Below, in pieces: positions 26,417 through 38,573 of a stretch of DNA of 64,000 nucleotides. The stretch comes from Eledone cirrhosa (lineage: Eukaryota): the NCBI GenBank assembly GCA_964016885.1, contig OZ024741.1:366916001-366980000 (forward strand), written 5' to 3'. The first letter of the stretch is position 1, and every line of letters starts with the position of its first letter. The position numbers were made by a program, and so were the translations under genes. The notes under the pieces were generated by a model, which saw nothing but the letters and a program-made list of their open reading frames with translations, was not told where the DNA came from and did not search any database.

Positions 26417-26553
26417 AAAACTCATTATTTTACGATCGTTTCTGGGGGGTAATCTCCGTATGTTCATTCTATTAGTGATCTATGTAAAATATATTACAAA
26501 TTATCAAAGTAAGAAAATATACATATGTCTTCCCTACAGAAATAACGAGTTTT
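26417..26553 (-). ncRNA. degenerate hammerhead-like motif
   Basis: 14-bp stem I (AAAACTCGTTATTT/AAATAATGAGTTTT) and GAAA CGATCG TA^ with a palindromic stem III. The 5' core reads CTGTAGG instead of CTGANGA. Confidence 0.35.
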
Positions 26554-27428
26554 GTCCATTGAAGAATATAAAAACATGTATGAATAAGTAACTGTTTCTA
26601 CTTTAGGCACAAGGCCAGCAATTACTCAGTGCATTACTGGTACTTTATTTTATCGACCGCGTAAGGATGAAAGGCAAAGTCAACCTCGGCGGGAATAAGT
26701 AACCTTTTAAGAACAAGGTTGAGATTGACCAATAGTAAAAATAGGAAGGGGCAATATAGATCATTAAGCTGGTAGTAGTAGATGAATAAATTAGCAGTCA
26801 GGGGATGAGGTATCGAATGACCTTTAAGAAAAGAAAGCTGTGAATTTAGACAGATTGTATAGAAATTTCAGAAAAGTGTGGACGGTCAAGGAAGATTTAA
26901 GTTGGAGGAAAAGGGGTGCAAGATATCAGTGTGTTATATCCCGTAGAATAGTATAGAACAATCCTAAATATTTGTTATTTCTTTGTTCAAGAGGAATAAT
27001 TTGTTCTAAAAATAGAACAAGTAGAGGAATATAGATGGAACCAAAGAAAAGTAAAAAGTAGATCAAAAATATATAGGTAAGAAAATAATAAAATTTGTGT
27101 AAGTATTGTATTGTGTTAGAGTGGTCAAAATGAAGTTTTACATGTAGGGAATTTTATTTTCGAATAAGAAATCTCATTAATAATCTGGTTTTCTTAATAG
27201 GTTTAAATGCATGTCTGTTAAAGTTTTGTTAGAGTGTTGAATATAATGTAATATATAGTGCTCATTAATAGTTAATTATTTAAAACAGTTATAGGGATGA
27301 AATATAGGATTGAATCTATGGAGTAATTCTAATAGCAAAAAAAATATACACACACATATATATATACATATTGGTTCTATGATATATTTATGATATATTT
27401 ATATGTATATGAAGACAGATGACCTTAA

Positions 27429-27645
27429 GGGCGGTGGATTGGCAGAATCGGTAGAGCATCGGACAAGATGCTTTGTAGCATAAAGTTACAGCCCTTTACA
27501 TTCTGAATTCAAATCCCACTGAGGTTAGCTTTGCCTTTCATCCTCACGGGGTCGATAAAATAAAGCACGGGTTGATTTAATCGACTTTCCCCTCCACCAA
27601 AATTGTTGGCCTTGTGCCTAAATCAGAAACAATTATTATTATTAT
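27429..27645 (+). mobile_element. SINE family 1, full length
   Basis: GGGCGGTGGATTGGCAGAATCGGTAGAG (A box), GAATTCAAATCC (B box), GCCTTTCATCC..GGGGTCGATAAAAT central box and an (ATT)n tail. Confidence 0.9.
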
Positions 27646-28329
27646 TGTTTCTTTTATCTCTGGTTTTGAGTAGCAGGCTTGCTACCTGCAGCTTACAGTA
27701 CCATGCTTTTTGTTCTCTTCAATTATCTAGTATTTTCCTGATAAATCTGACCATGCCAAAGAGTTAAACTTTTTGCAATAGCTCTACTGGACACTCTATT
27801 CCCATACGAGGGAGCTTCATCTAGTGGTGAATAAAGAAATCATTATTATTTCTGCTTGTCACACAGTATTTGTTTCTAGTGATGTAATTCTGGTGCCAGT
27901 TGTCCACATCCAGTGGACTGAGGTGACAGCTTCAATTGTCAAGCACTTTTCTGAGTATCCTGGTAGTTCCAAGGAGTGTTGTTTTTGTAGAGACCCCACT
28001 CTGATATTGGCCCCAATGTTTTAAAAAATAGCTTTAAATTTTAGTGCTCATAGTACCAAATGCCCCAACTACAACTGGGATCACCTCAATCTTTTTCATT
28101 GCCCACAAATGTCCTTATTGAGGAATTCCCATTGTTAAGATTTGTTTATTGTTACCTTTCTTTTTACTATTGCTATGTTTTCTTAATGTAAACCCTTTGA
28201 CTCTGGAATAAAGCAGACTGGAACTCTTACTGCACCGAGCTACAACACCCAAACCGGCTTGAATTTTACGACTCTGGAGATGTGAACACTATACTTCAGA
28301 ACATCCTGAACTCAATATGGACAGGATAT

Positions 28330-28525
28330 GCAGCATCAGTACCACGAATACCCTCCATCAGGCATCTACCATACTCTGAATGCCTTGCTTCCCTGGGCAT
28401 GGATACATTGAAGCTAAAATCAGAAACCATTTTGCCTTTCATCCTTACGGGGTCGATAAAATAAAGTACCAGTAATGCACTGGGTATTTGCTGGCCTTGT
28501 GCCAAAAAGTAGAAACAATTATTAT
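28330..28525 (+). mobile_element. CR1 fragment fused to SINE family 1 3' half
   Basis: RIPSIRHLPYSECLASLGMDTLKL (compare 2045-2115), then GCCTTTCATCCTTACGGGGTCGATAAAAT. Confidence 0.7.
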
Positions 28526-28586
28526 TGATAAATGGCAATTAGAATATTTTGAAATATGGTCCAACACATGGAAAGTGGACATAAAA

Positions 28587-28590
28587 TGAC

Positions 28591-28650
<60 letters not shown>

Positions 28651-29222
28651 GGTGGTGGTGGTGATGATGATGGTCGTGGTGGTAGTGATGATGATGATGA
28701 TGATGATGGTGATGAGAATGATGATGATGGTGGTGATGATGATGATGAGGATGGTGATGATGATGATGATGTGGATAGCAATGATGATGATGGGGATGAT
28801 GATGATGGTGATGATGATGAAGGTGATGATGATGGCGGTGGTGGGGATGATGATGATGATGTTTGGCCATTAACCAGGGCATGCAAGTTCATTTTTTTAC
28901 ATGAATCTCACTATTTTTAGCACAGGATGAGGAATTCATTAACATCAATAACAAACATGAAGGAATTCATCATCATCATCACAAACAGAACTGTTACTAT
29001 CAACATCATCACTACAATTGTAACTATTATCACCTCCATCATCTTCTTCCTCATCTTTTTCATCATCTTCTTCATCACCACCATTATCATCAACCTCTTC
29101 CTCCCCTCTCCTCCTCCACTTCTCCCTTTCTTCCCTGTCCTTCCCTTCTTCCTCCCCTTTATCTGCCTCTTCCTCCTCTTCCCCCTCCCCCCCCTCCTCC
29201 TCCTCATCATCATCATGCTCAT

Positions 29223-29262
<40 letters not shown>

Positions 29263-29280
29263 TTCACTTATTATTATTAC
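28587..29280. repeat. (GAT)n/(GGT)n, (CAT/CTT/CCT)n and (TAG)n microsatellite cluster
   Basis: Direct reading. Source of the poly-His, poly-Met and poly-Glu ORFs. Confidence 0.9.
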
Positions 29281-29627
29281 TAGCAAATGCTATAGTGTGA
29301 CAGTAAATTCTTGGAGAAACAAGAAGTCCACAGTCATGTTTTGATTCCTGGCTGGAGCCAAATTCCTTCTGTGATGTTATTAATACTGTTGGAGAAGGCA
29401 TGAGTGCCATACTTTTTCATTTCCATTCTGGATCACAAATATAAGAACCTGTACTAGTAATATACTAGGGTAGACATAATTGATTATACTTCTTCCTTTA
29501 TAAAATGTCAGTTTTGTGTCTAATAAATAACAATTTTTATATATCATCATTTGTAGTACAGTAAATTGGCATGTATATATATATAAAATATATATATATA
29601 CATATATATATACATATATATATTTAT

Positions 29628-32448
29628 ATCATCATCATCATCATCATCTTCATTTAACGTCCATCTTCTGCGCTAGCATGGGTTAGACTGGAGTTGTCCC
29701 ACTTGAGGCAAGGCTGGTCGGGTGACCGTGTCTCGCTCATATAGGACTATCTGGCAGGTTTTCTACGGCTGGATGCCCTTCCTAACACCAACCACATTTA
29801 CAGTGTGGAACTGGGAACTTTTTACCGTGTTACCTACACAGCCACATTACAGCGTAGAATGTGTGTTTTTTTTTTTGTCATGACACCTACACGATCTCGA
29901 TCTCATTATCTCATTTATTTGGACTGGATGTTGTGGTACCAACTTTACACCGAGAGGGCGGTGTTAGTGGGAGTGGGAGGATAGGGTAGGGGTAGTGGAT
30001 TGGGGTGTATATTTGGTTAAGAGGTGCCTACTGACTGTAGGTTTCGCTTTGTACATAGGCAAGGCGGGTTTTCTGTATTACTGTGTAGCGCCAAAGATCT
30101 CGGTCCAGTGACATTGTCTTAAAGAGGTGTAAGGTCGGAATTTATCAAATCGTCTCAGGATTTTCTGGGTCTATCTACTCCGTAACTTCCATCAATTTTG
30201 ATCGCCCTGCACTTTTTTATACAGCTGTCGTCTTTCATGCGCATCACATGACCATACCAACATAGTCTTCTCTCAGGTAAACAGCATCTGATCCCTCTTA
30301 TTCCTTAGTTCATTTATGCTTTGCCGTTCACGTAAATTACTATTACACATCCAATGGAGCATGCATGCTTCATTCCTTTCCAGTCTGTGCAGGCCCTCTG
30401 CACGCAATGCCCATGTCTCACTGCCATATAGCATTGCTGTTCGTATACAGGCATCATACAATCTGCCTTTCATTTTTAGAGAGAAACCTTTTGTGGCCAA
30501 CAGCGGTATAAGCTCTCTGAACTTTTTCCATCCCGTTCTGACTCTGGCTGTACTTTCAGAGCACCCTCCACCACTGCTGATTTTGTCCCCCAGGTAACGG
30601 AAAGTGTTCACTAATTCTATAGAACCATCTGGGCAATAGAAGGAGCTAGTATCCTGTAGGCACTTGCTACTTATTGCATCTGAGCATCAGCCACATATAA
30701 AATCTCTGTTCTTAGATAGTTTACTTGTGATCCCACTACATCTTTTATGTACCCATAGTTTGCATTTGGGACATAAAATGAAATTTCTGCCTACTCCTTT
30801 CCTACACACTGAGCATGGCCATTTCCCTGAGGGCACGTGTGCCCTATTTTCCTTTCTACAAACTAGAACTTTAGTCTTAGACAAGTTAGCTTTAAGGCCT
30901 TTTGATTCTAGGCCATGCTTCCATGTTTGGAATTTCTTCTCTAGTTCAGCCATAGATTCAGCTATGAGAGTTAGATCATCTGTGTATAGGAGTTTCCATG
31001 GGCAGCCGGTCTTAAACTCCTCTGTTATAGCCTGAAGGGCAACAATAAATAGGAGTGGGCTAAGGGCAGAGCCTTGATGAACACCAACTTTTTACACTAA
31101 ATTCTTCACAATATTCATTATTAATTCTAACCTTACTGACTGTTTCTTTATACATCGCTTGTATAGCTCTCACAAGCCATTCCTCTACACCTAGTTTTCT
31201 AAGAGCCCACCAGATAATGGAGCAGGGGACTCTGTCAAAGGCTTTCTACAGGTCTACAAAAGCTAAGTATAGGGGGTTTACTTTTAGCTAGGTACTTCTC
31301 CTGTAATTGTCATACAAGGAAAAGAGCATCTGTGGTACTTTTACCTGACACAAACCCAAACTGCATTTCATCTAGATCAATTCGCTCTCTGATTAGTTGT
31401 GCTATAACTCTTTCTGTGACCTTCATGACCTGGTCAACTAACTTAACACCTCTATAGTTTCCCCTATCTAGAGCATCCCTTTTACCCTTGTAGCAGTTAA
31501 TGATGATGCTGCACCAGTCTTTTGGTATGACCCCATTCTGTATTACTTGGTTTACTATACGAGTGACCATAGTACGTCCCACCATTCCAGATGCCTTCAA
31601 CATCTCAGCAACTATCTCTGAAGGCCCAGCTGCCTTGCCTGTCGTCATATCTTTGATTGCCTTACTTACTATACTACCTTTAACTTGCACCGCTGGTCCT
31701 TCTATTGGATCAATTTAGGGCAGACTATCTTTTTCCCATTTATTCTCATCATTTAGTAGTCTCTCGTAGTGATACTTCCAAGCCACGTTCTTATCAGCAT
31801 CAGTGATGGCAAGTACACCATCATCATTACGGACACACTTTTCCCCGACAATATTACGGTTCTCCTTGACACATTGTCTAGCAATCCTGAACACCTCACG
31901 TTTTTGGTCCTCACATTGTAGAATATGCTTGAACTTTCTATCCTCTGCTTCCCTTTTTGCAAGGTACACTTGTCTCCTAGCTTCTCTCCTGGCCACTTGA
32001 TAGTGTTCTCTACTTCCCCCATCTTGCCATACTTTCCAAGCCTGCTTTTTGGCCTTGATAATCTCCTCCACCTTACTGTTCCACCACCAAGTTACTCTCC
32101 TCCTGCCAATAGGTCTGCTCCAGCCACAGATTTCATCCGTTGCTTTCAGCAGGTTCACTTTCAAGAATTCCCACTGCACGTCTCTAATTGTTCTTCCTTA
32201 TTGTCAAAGGTAACAAGTAATAAGCTTTTAAATTTGTTATTGGCTGTGGCGTCCTTCAAATTCCATATTCTTCTCGTCAATGAAGTCCTCCTCTGTCATC
32301 GAAAATATCTATTCCTGACTATGATGTCACTAACTACTAGGCTATGTTGGGAGGTGCATTCTTCACGGGGGAGGGATTTAGTGTTTACAAAAGACACTTT
32401 GTCACATCTTCTAGTAAGGATATAATCTATCTGGCTGGTGTGTTCCCT

Positions 32449-32449
<1 letters not shown>
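29628..32449 (-). mobile_element. RTE-clade LINE (PHD-like finger family), long decayed copy
   Basis: Pieces in order: APE end (SQIDYIL), RT (KGKRDALDRGNYRGVKL, QFGFVSGKSTTDALF, HQGSALSPLLF, YTDDL), zinc finger and C-terminus. (GAT)n tail, with multiple frameshifts. Confidence 0.92.
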
Positions 32450-32488
<39 letters not shown>

Positions 32489-32489
32489 C

Positions 32490-34043
32490 AGGTAAAATTC
32501 CCGAGATCCATGGACGAGTTCTCTCCAGCGGTCTCTGTCCCTCATTATCGCTGCCATGTCCTACGTCTCCAACAGACCAGTGTCTGTCCTTAGGGCATCA
32601 ACATACGTTAACCTTGGTCTTCCTCTTCCAGTGTGTCCATGTAGGGGCTCCTACTGGAGCACTGAGTGCAATGTCAACTCTGGATGTCGGTGAGCATGTC
32701 CAGCTAACCTCAGTCTCCTCTGTGTCACTTTTGAGCTGACTTTTGGGATGCTCCCATACAGCTCTGAGTTTTTCATCCTCAGTGTATACTGATTAATGTG
32801 CAGAGCCATCCTCAGCATTCTCGTGTAGCATCCATCCACTATCTGAGTGAGTTTCTTGGTCAGTGTCTAAGTCTCAGGCCCGTACAGCAGCACAGACTCC
32901 ACTACAGAAATGAAGAGGCGGATTTTCAGGTTTTTACGAAGGTCCGACTTCCACACCGATCTCAAGCTGTGGCACGCCGCCCAGGCTTTGCTCTTCCTCT
33001 CAACCACATCATCTTCCGTATTCCCAATCTTTGCGCCCAAATACAGGAAGCCCTCAACTAATTCTAGTGGCTTCCCGCCTACATTAGTGATCCCCTCTAG
33101 CTTCTCAACATTCTTTACCAAATATTTTGTTTTAGTCTCATTCATTCTCAGCCCCACACTCATCGACACAGTCTCAACCTCCCACATCAAATCCTCTGCC
33201 TCCTTCACTGTATTTGTCACCAAAACTATGTCATCGGCAAATTCAGCATCTGATACCTTTTTTGCCTTAACTCTCCTGCTCTGAGCCAGTGCTACAGTAA
33301 AGCCAGACTCCTGGTGTTTCTCCAGTGCAAGGCGCATACAATAGTCACTACGATGATAAAAAGGTAGGGAGCCAATATATCTCCCTGGAGCATTCCAGCC
33401 AGTATCTCAAAGAACTCTGTCATCCCATCAGGTGTAATGACTTGGGCTTTGGTGTTGGTGTAGAGCAGTGATATCAGGTCCACTATCTTCTTGGGGATTC
33501 CATAAGCCTGTAAGATCTTCATCAGGCAGTGACGGTCCACAGAATCAAAGGCCTTCCTAAAGTCAATGAAAACCATGACCGCAGGAAGGCACTTTGCTCT
33601 AGCTCCCTCTAATATCCTCCTCAGCATCAGGATGTGACTGGTGATTGATCTTCCCTCTCTGAAGCCGTTCTGGTTGTCCCTGAGCTTCTTCTCCATCTCA
33701 GGCTGGACCCTGTTAAGAATCATCCTGTTGAGGGTCTTTGCCACAAGTGACGTCAGTGATATCCCCCTGTAGTTGTTGGTGTTAGAGAGATCACCCTTCT
33801 TTGGCACTGGGACGATGTTACTGATCCTCCACTGATTCGGAGCAACTCCTTTTTCCAGTGCCCGGTTACAGAACCCCAGGATGATATCATCAAAATCACA
33901 CCTCTTCATCACCTCTGATGCCACTTCATCTTCTCCATGAGCCTTGCCCTCCTTGATCCTCTTCTTGGCTCTCTGAAGCTCCTCTCTGGTGACGGGCTCT
34001 GTCTCAATATCCAGTTCCTCAAACAGCCGCCTTATCTCCCCAG
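32490..34043 (-). mobile_element. RTE-X-like LINE RT fragment (third family)
   Basis: PVPKKGDLSNTNNYRGISL, QNGFREGRS, FIDFRKAFDSV, GMLQGDILAPYLF, EFADDI, FLYLG, RLRLAGH. Frameshifted. Confidence 0.88.
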
Positions 34044-34076
34044 TGCTCTGGGGAGATCAGGCGGCTGTTTGAGGAA
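34015..34076. repeat. 29-bp-arm hairpin at the LINE 5' junction
   Basis: TTCCTCAAACAGCCGCCTTATCTCCCCAG tgct CTGGGGAGATCAGGCGGCTGTTTGAGGAA. Confidence 0.92.
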
Positions 34077-34118
34077 TATATATATATATGGAGGCACATA
34101 TATATAATGGAGGCACAT

Positions 34119-34312
34119 ATTGGTTTTTTTGTGTGGTTGATTATGCTAATTGGGAGAGGAAATGGTGTATATATATTATCAAATGATTCTATGGACATAT
34201 TTATAGTATATATATATATATATACTATAAAGTATGTCCATAGAATCATTTGATAATATATATACACCATTTCCTCTCCCAATTAGCATAATCAACCACA
34301 CAAAAAACCAAT
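34119..34312. repeat. palindrome with about 90-bp arms centred on (TA)n
   Basis: ATTGGTTTTTTTGTGTGG...ATGGACATATTTATAG (TA)n CTATAAAGTATGTCCAT...CCACACAAAAAACCAAT. Confidence 0.92.
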
Positions 34313-34517
34313 TAAACCAGGCTATAAGATTAAAAGGCACCTATGAAGAAATAGTAGATAAATAAACGACACCAATTTATTCGGGATCAACCGCTATAGA
34401 ATATTTACCCAACATTTCAATAGCACATGGAAATCGATTAAATATACCGTCAACCATTCACAATTAGGTATAAAATTAAAGTTAGAAGAAAAAATGCATA
34501 TACACATACCAGGATTA

Positions 34518-34600
34518 TGTTTCTACCCTTAGGGTTTCGTTCGCTTTTGGAAATATGTTATCAAGGATAAATTCTCGAGCTTCGAACTCATCAGGAAACA
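34518..34600 (-). ncRNA. canonical type I hammerhead ribozyme
   Basis: Minus strand reads TGTTTC CTGATGA GTTCG..(39 nt)..CGAAC GAAA CCC-taa-GGG TA^GAAACA. All three stems pair, and the triplet is GUA. Confidence 0.85.
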
Positions 34601-35279
34601 AACTCACTTGGACAAAGAATTTTCTTAAGTGATCCCCGCCAGAAACGAATTCAAAATGGCTAAGAACTGTGACGTGGCAGTGGTCAAGTCAGAAAGAATG
34701 TGATTGGTGGCTTACGGCGAGTGGGTTGGTTGCTAGAAAGCGCAGCCCAATATTGCCCAAATTGCATCTCAACTTTATGGGAGATTATCAAATATAAAGA
34801 TAAAGTAGTAACTATATCACTTACTTATTCTTGGCAAAAACAAAGGGGAGTAATCAACAGTCCTGTTTCTCGCTCGTTAGCAGTTATCAAGACTACTTAC
34901 CCCTTCACTTCTGCCAAGAATTATAGAAGCTGGATTCTTATAGAATTCCAAGATTTTTGCAATAAACACACCAAACGTGCACTGAATGAAGGCCCTATGT
35001 ATTGTTTATAAGGTTAAAATAGTACCCCATGCATCTGCAAGAATGAAATACCTCCACTACTGTAGTTTCATCATTCAGAACATTTTAGAGAGCCGTCATA
35101 ATTCTTTGGTTTACCAGCACTGATGTTTTTGCCCAGCAGGTGGGGGTTTTGGTTTTGACATATTGGTGTGTCTTCTGCATCTAGAGAAGCCATGATGGGG
35201 AAGCATTGTATGACCAGCTCAAAAGCTGGTCATACTTAATAGTGAGTCAACAGCCATCATATATGTATACATGTATGAG

Positions 35280-35590
35280 AAGGTACATGGTTTAGTGGTA
35301 AGGTTTTTCAGTTCATAATCATCATGTTCTGAGTAGGATTCCTTAGCATGTTGTGTCCTTGAGCAAGATACATTATTTCATGTGGCTTCTGTCAACTCAG
35401 TTAGCAAAAATGAGTCATGAATGTAATTTAAAGGGTCAAATTTGTCACACTAAATTTCATCAAGAACTATGTTAAGAGTACAAATGTGTGTGGAATACTC
35501 AGCCACTTCTGTGTTAATTTCATGAGCAAGCTGTTCTGTTGATCAAATTAACTGGAATACTTGTTGTTGGAACTGACAAGGGTCCAACAC
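35280..35590 (+). mobile_element. SINE family 3 head with a third body type
   Basis: AAGGTACATGGTTTAGTGG..TGTGTCCTTGAGCAAGA. Body related to 600-690(-), 15310-15405(-) and 55390-55510(-). Confidence 0.6.
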
Positions 35591-35651
35591 ATACACACAA
35601 AAAAAATATCACAAGCACATACATGTGTGTGTATGTATATGTATATATTTC

Positions 35652-35936
35652 CCCACACCCCCCACCGCAAGGTGGTCGTGGAGGTGCCATGGCAAAATAG
35701 CACCCAGCCCACACTGTAAAGTGGACGTGTAGGCGCCACAAAAAAGCACCCAGCACTCACTGTAAATGAGGTTGGTGTTAGGAAGGGCATCCAGCTGTAC
35801 GAATCAAGCCAAATCAGTTCCTGTATGAGCAAGGCATGGTCAGCCGACCAGACACTGCCCGCAACAGGACAACCCGTCTAACCCATGCTAGCGTGGAGGA
35901 ACGGACGTAAAACGGTGATGATGATGATGATGATGA
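35652..35936 (+). mobile_element. RTE 3' UTR (PHD family) with (GAT)n tail
   Basis: Colinear with 43287-43563. Confidence 0.85.
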
Positions 35937-37344
35937 GGGATATTTACATAGCAAAACACCCAGATATGTATGTATGTTTAGTCGCCAACAACCTGACCAT
36001 GCATGGTGAGGAGGGCGATTTTGGATACCCTGTGGGATGAAAAACAAAACCTGTCAAAAGGCAGAGGAACTCAGGAGAGTCAACGCCTATCTAATAAAGT
36101 ATATTTTTTCTTTTTTGTGGAGTGAGAGACTCCTAGTCTTCATTAAGACAGCTCTCTAGGAGAAGGTCACCCTAATATAAAACCTGTGACATTGTTTGCA
36201 TCCAATGATGTATACCAATTCTTCTTTTTGGGGAAATGCATTCAATGTTCAGAGAGTAGGATTGGCCCCATGCAAAGCCTTTCCTCACTTAAAAAAGCTT
36301 CAAGCACAGGCATCGTTTGATATGTGACATTTTTTATGATGCATGGTATTGTGGTCATAGGCAAGTCCCTAGCAGTACTATAAAGCCACGTCCATGATGG
36401 TCATGCTTATGTATCAAGCGGTGGCATTACTCTAGTTGCAGCCATTATGTATGTATGTATGTATGTATGTATGTATGTGTGTGTATGTATGTGTATGTGT
36501 GAGTGTGTGTGAATGTATATACGTATGTATATTTACATAACAAAACACTCAGATATGTATCATTTCTAAAGCTCCATTGTTGCTGGCCGACTGATATACT
36601 TTTGCATGACAATAAAATAAAAGAAGACAATATAAAGAAGATATAATAATTTACTAACAAAAGCTATAAATGTATATTCCAGACGAGACAAAATATTTAT
36701 TTAAAATATTTTCTGTTCTTAAAACTCACCAGATTTGAGTAGAACTTAAAGCAGTTGAAAGAATTTTCTTTTTTTTTCTTTTTTCAACTCAGGTTACACG
36801 ATAAAACCCTATTTATTTTAAAGTGTTCATATTTAATTTAAACCTTCCATCATAATTTTATGTAAGAACCTTTAAGTTATGTTCCAAACACAAACTTAAG
36901 AATGTGAAAGTTATATTACTAAATCCCTCCAAATTATTGATTATTTTCAAAAGGATTTGAAAATCATAAGTAGTGTCTTTCATTAGAAGTAAGGGCAGCA
37001 CTTTTGACTCTCTACAGAGTTTTCAATACTAATGACAGAAAAATAGAGACCTGGACAAAAACGTTTGCAACAGATTGGGCCCTGCTAAAGATGTGTCAAT
37101 TTTAGAAAAGTAGAGCTACAATAGTCAATATGTGTGAACCCACTCCCTATTCTCTTATATAATTGACATAAATATTTGATCCAATCTTAACCCAAATAAG
37201 AAAGAAAAGAAAACAACAAGATATTTTATCTTCTTTGCATCAGTGGTGTGGTATGGCTTGTACTTTAATATATACTGTATATAGTGCACTATTAACTATT
37301 ACAGTCGCCTAATACCTGATTGAAAGCGTGCTGCTATCTACCTA

Positions 37345-37625
37345 TTATCATCATCATCATCACCACCCTCATCATCATCATCACCACACCATTACCACTA
37401 TCACCACCAGCAACAACAATAACAATAGCATTAGTGCAACCACTACCACAACTACAACCATTAACAACAAGCACAACAACACTATAACTACCACCACCTC
37501 CACTGCCACTACCAACAACAACCACAGCAACACTACAACCACCACTGCCACAATCACCACTACTACTACCAACAAAAACAACAACAACCACAGCTACACT
37601 ACAACCATCACTGCCACAACAACTG
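37345..37625. repeat. (CAC/CAA)n low-complexity patch containing inverted copies of the large-satellite cores
   Basis: ACCACAGCAACACTACAACCACCACTGCCA (37521-37550) is the reverse complement of the unit-A core. CCATCACTGCC is the reverse complement of the start of unit B. Confidence 0.8.
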
Positions 37626-37692
37626 TGGTTTAAAAAAGAATGTTCCAATTGTTTGATCACCAAAATAGCTTACTCAATGAATTAGTGTAAGG

Positions 37693-38015
37693 TAGGGGCG
37701 GGCGTACAACAGGCAGTCCACGGGCCACAATCTGGCCCACCAGACCAGTCAGAGTAGTCCGCGATGACCGTTTTTAATTTTTACCTTGTAGGCTTATTTA
37801 GAATTTTTTTTGTAACCGTAATACAATTTTCTGTTAGTTGACCTATACTAAAGGGCTTCACTGATAGGGTTATGTGTGTTATAATTTCCCAGTTCCATGT
37901 TATGGAAAGAAATTGTGGTGAATCTTTGGTATAGTGCTTAATAAATATTAGTGGCCCTAATAGTTGTTCAAAAGTTCAAAAGTGGCCTGCCTATGGAATA
38001 TGTTGCACACCCCTG
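37693..38015. mobile_element. hAT-like MITE with perfect 8-bp TSD
   Basis: GTGTAAGG|TAGGGGCG...GTTGCACACCCCTG|GTGTAAGG. Confidence 0.85.
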
Positions 38016-38056
38016 GTGTAAGGTAAGGAGTATTTCACAGACACATACTGACTTAA

Positions 38057-38277
38057 CCCTTTAGCATTTACATTATTCTATATATACTATTGTATTTTCA
38101 CAATAACGGCTTTATTTTACATAATTATCTCACATAATATCGAATCTACAAGATTTTGATGTTATTTATTTTGAGAACAATACCTTAATGTAGGTGTGAG
38201 TGGCCAGTTGCAGCTGGTTTGAACAGAAAGGTGTAAGAGAGTTCTGGCCAGATACGGCCAGTTTAAATGCTAAAGGG
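38057..38277 (-). mobile_element. piggyBac-like MITE family A, intact
   Basis: TTAA|CCCTTTAGCATTTA...TAAATGCTAAAGGG|TTAA with 14-bp perfect TIRs. Shares its right TTAA with a family B MITE start. Confidence 0.92.
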
Positions 38278-38573
38278 TTAACCCTCTTGGTACCATCTGA
38301 AATCGTGCCTAGTTCTACAATACTAAACTGTTTATTCTAAATTGTTTATATTTATCATAAATTTAAGTTATGTTCCAAAAATCAGCTTACTAAATTGCTC
38401 CAAATTCTTGATTATTTTCAAAATTATTTGAAAATCATAGAAATGTAAATGCTGACCAGAGTTGGCCATGTATCGCACCTTGCTCCAGTGAGGACTGTAA
38501 ATTTGGCTGGGTATTTTACAGCTGGATGCCCTTCCTAACACCAACCACATTTACATTTACATTTATATTTATA

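Noticed and set aside
28445-29286. Poly-His, poly-Met and acidic ORFs (also 25760-26211, 37328-37663, 62173-62481)
   Set aside because: Trinucleotide microsatellites open in multiple frames.
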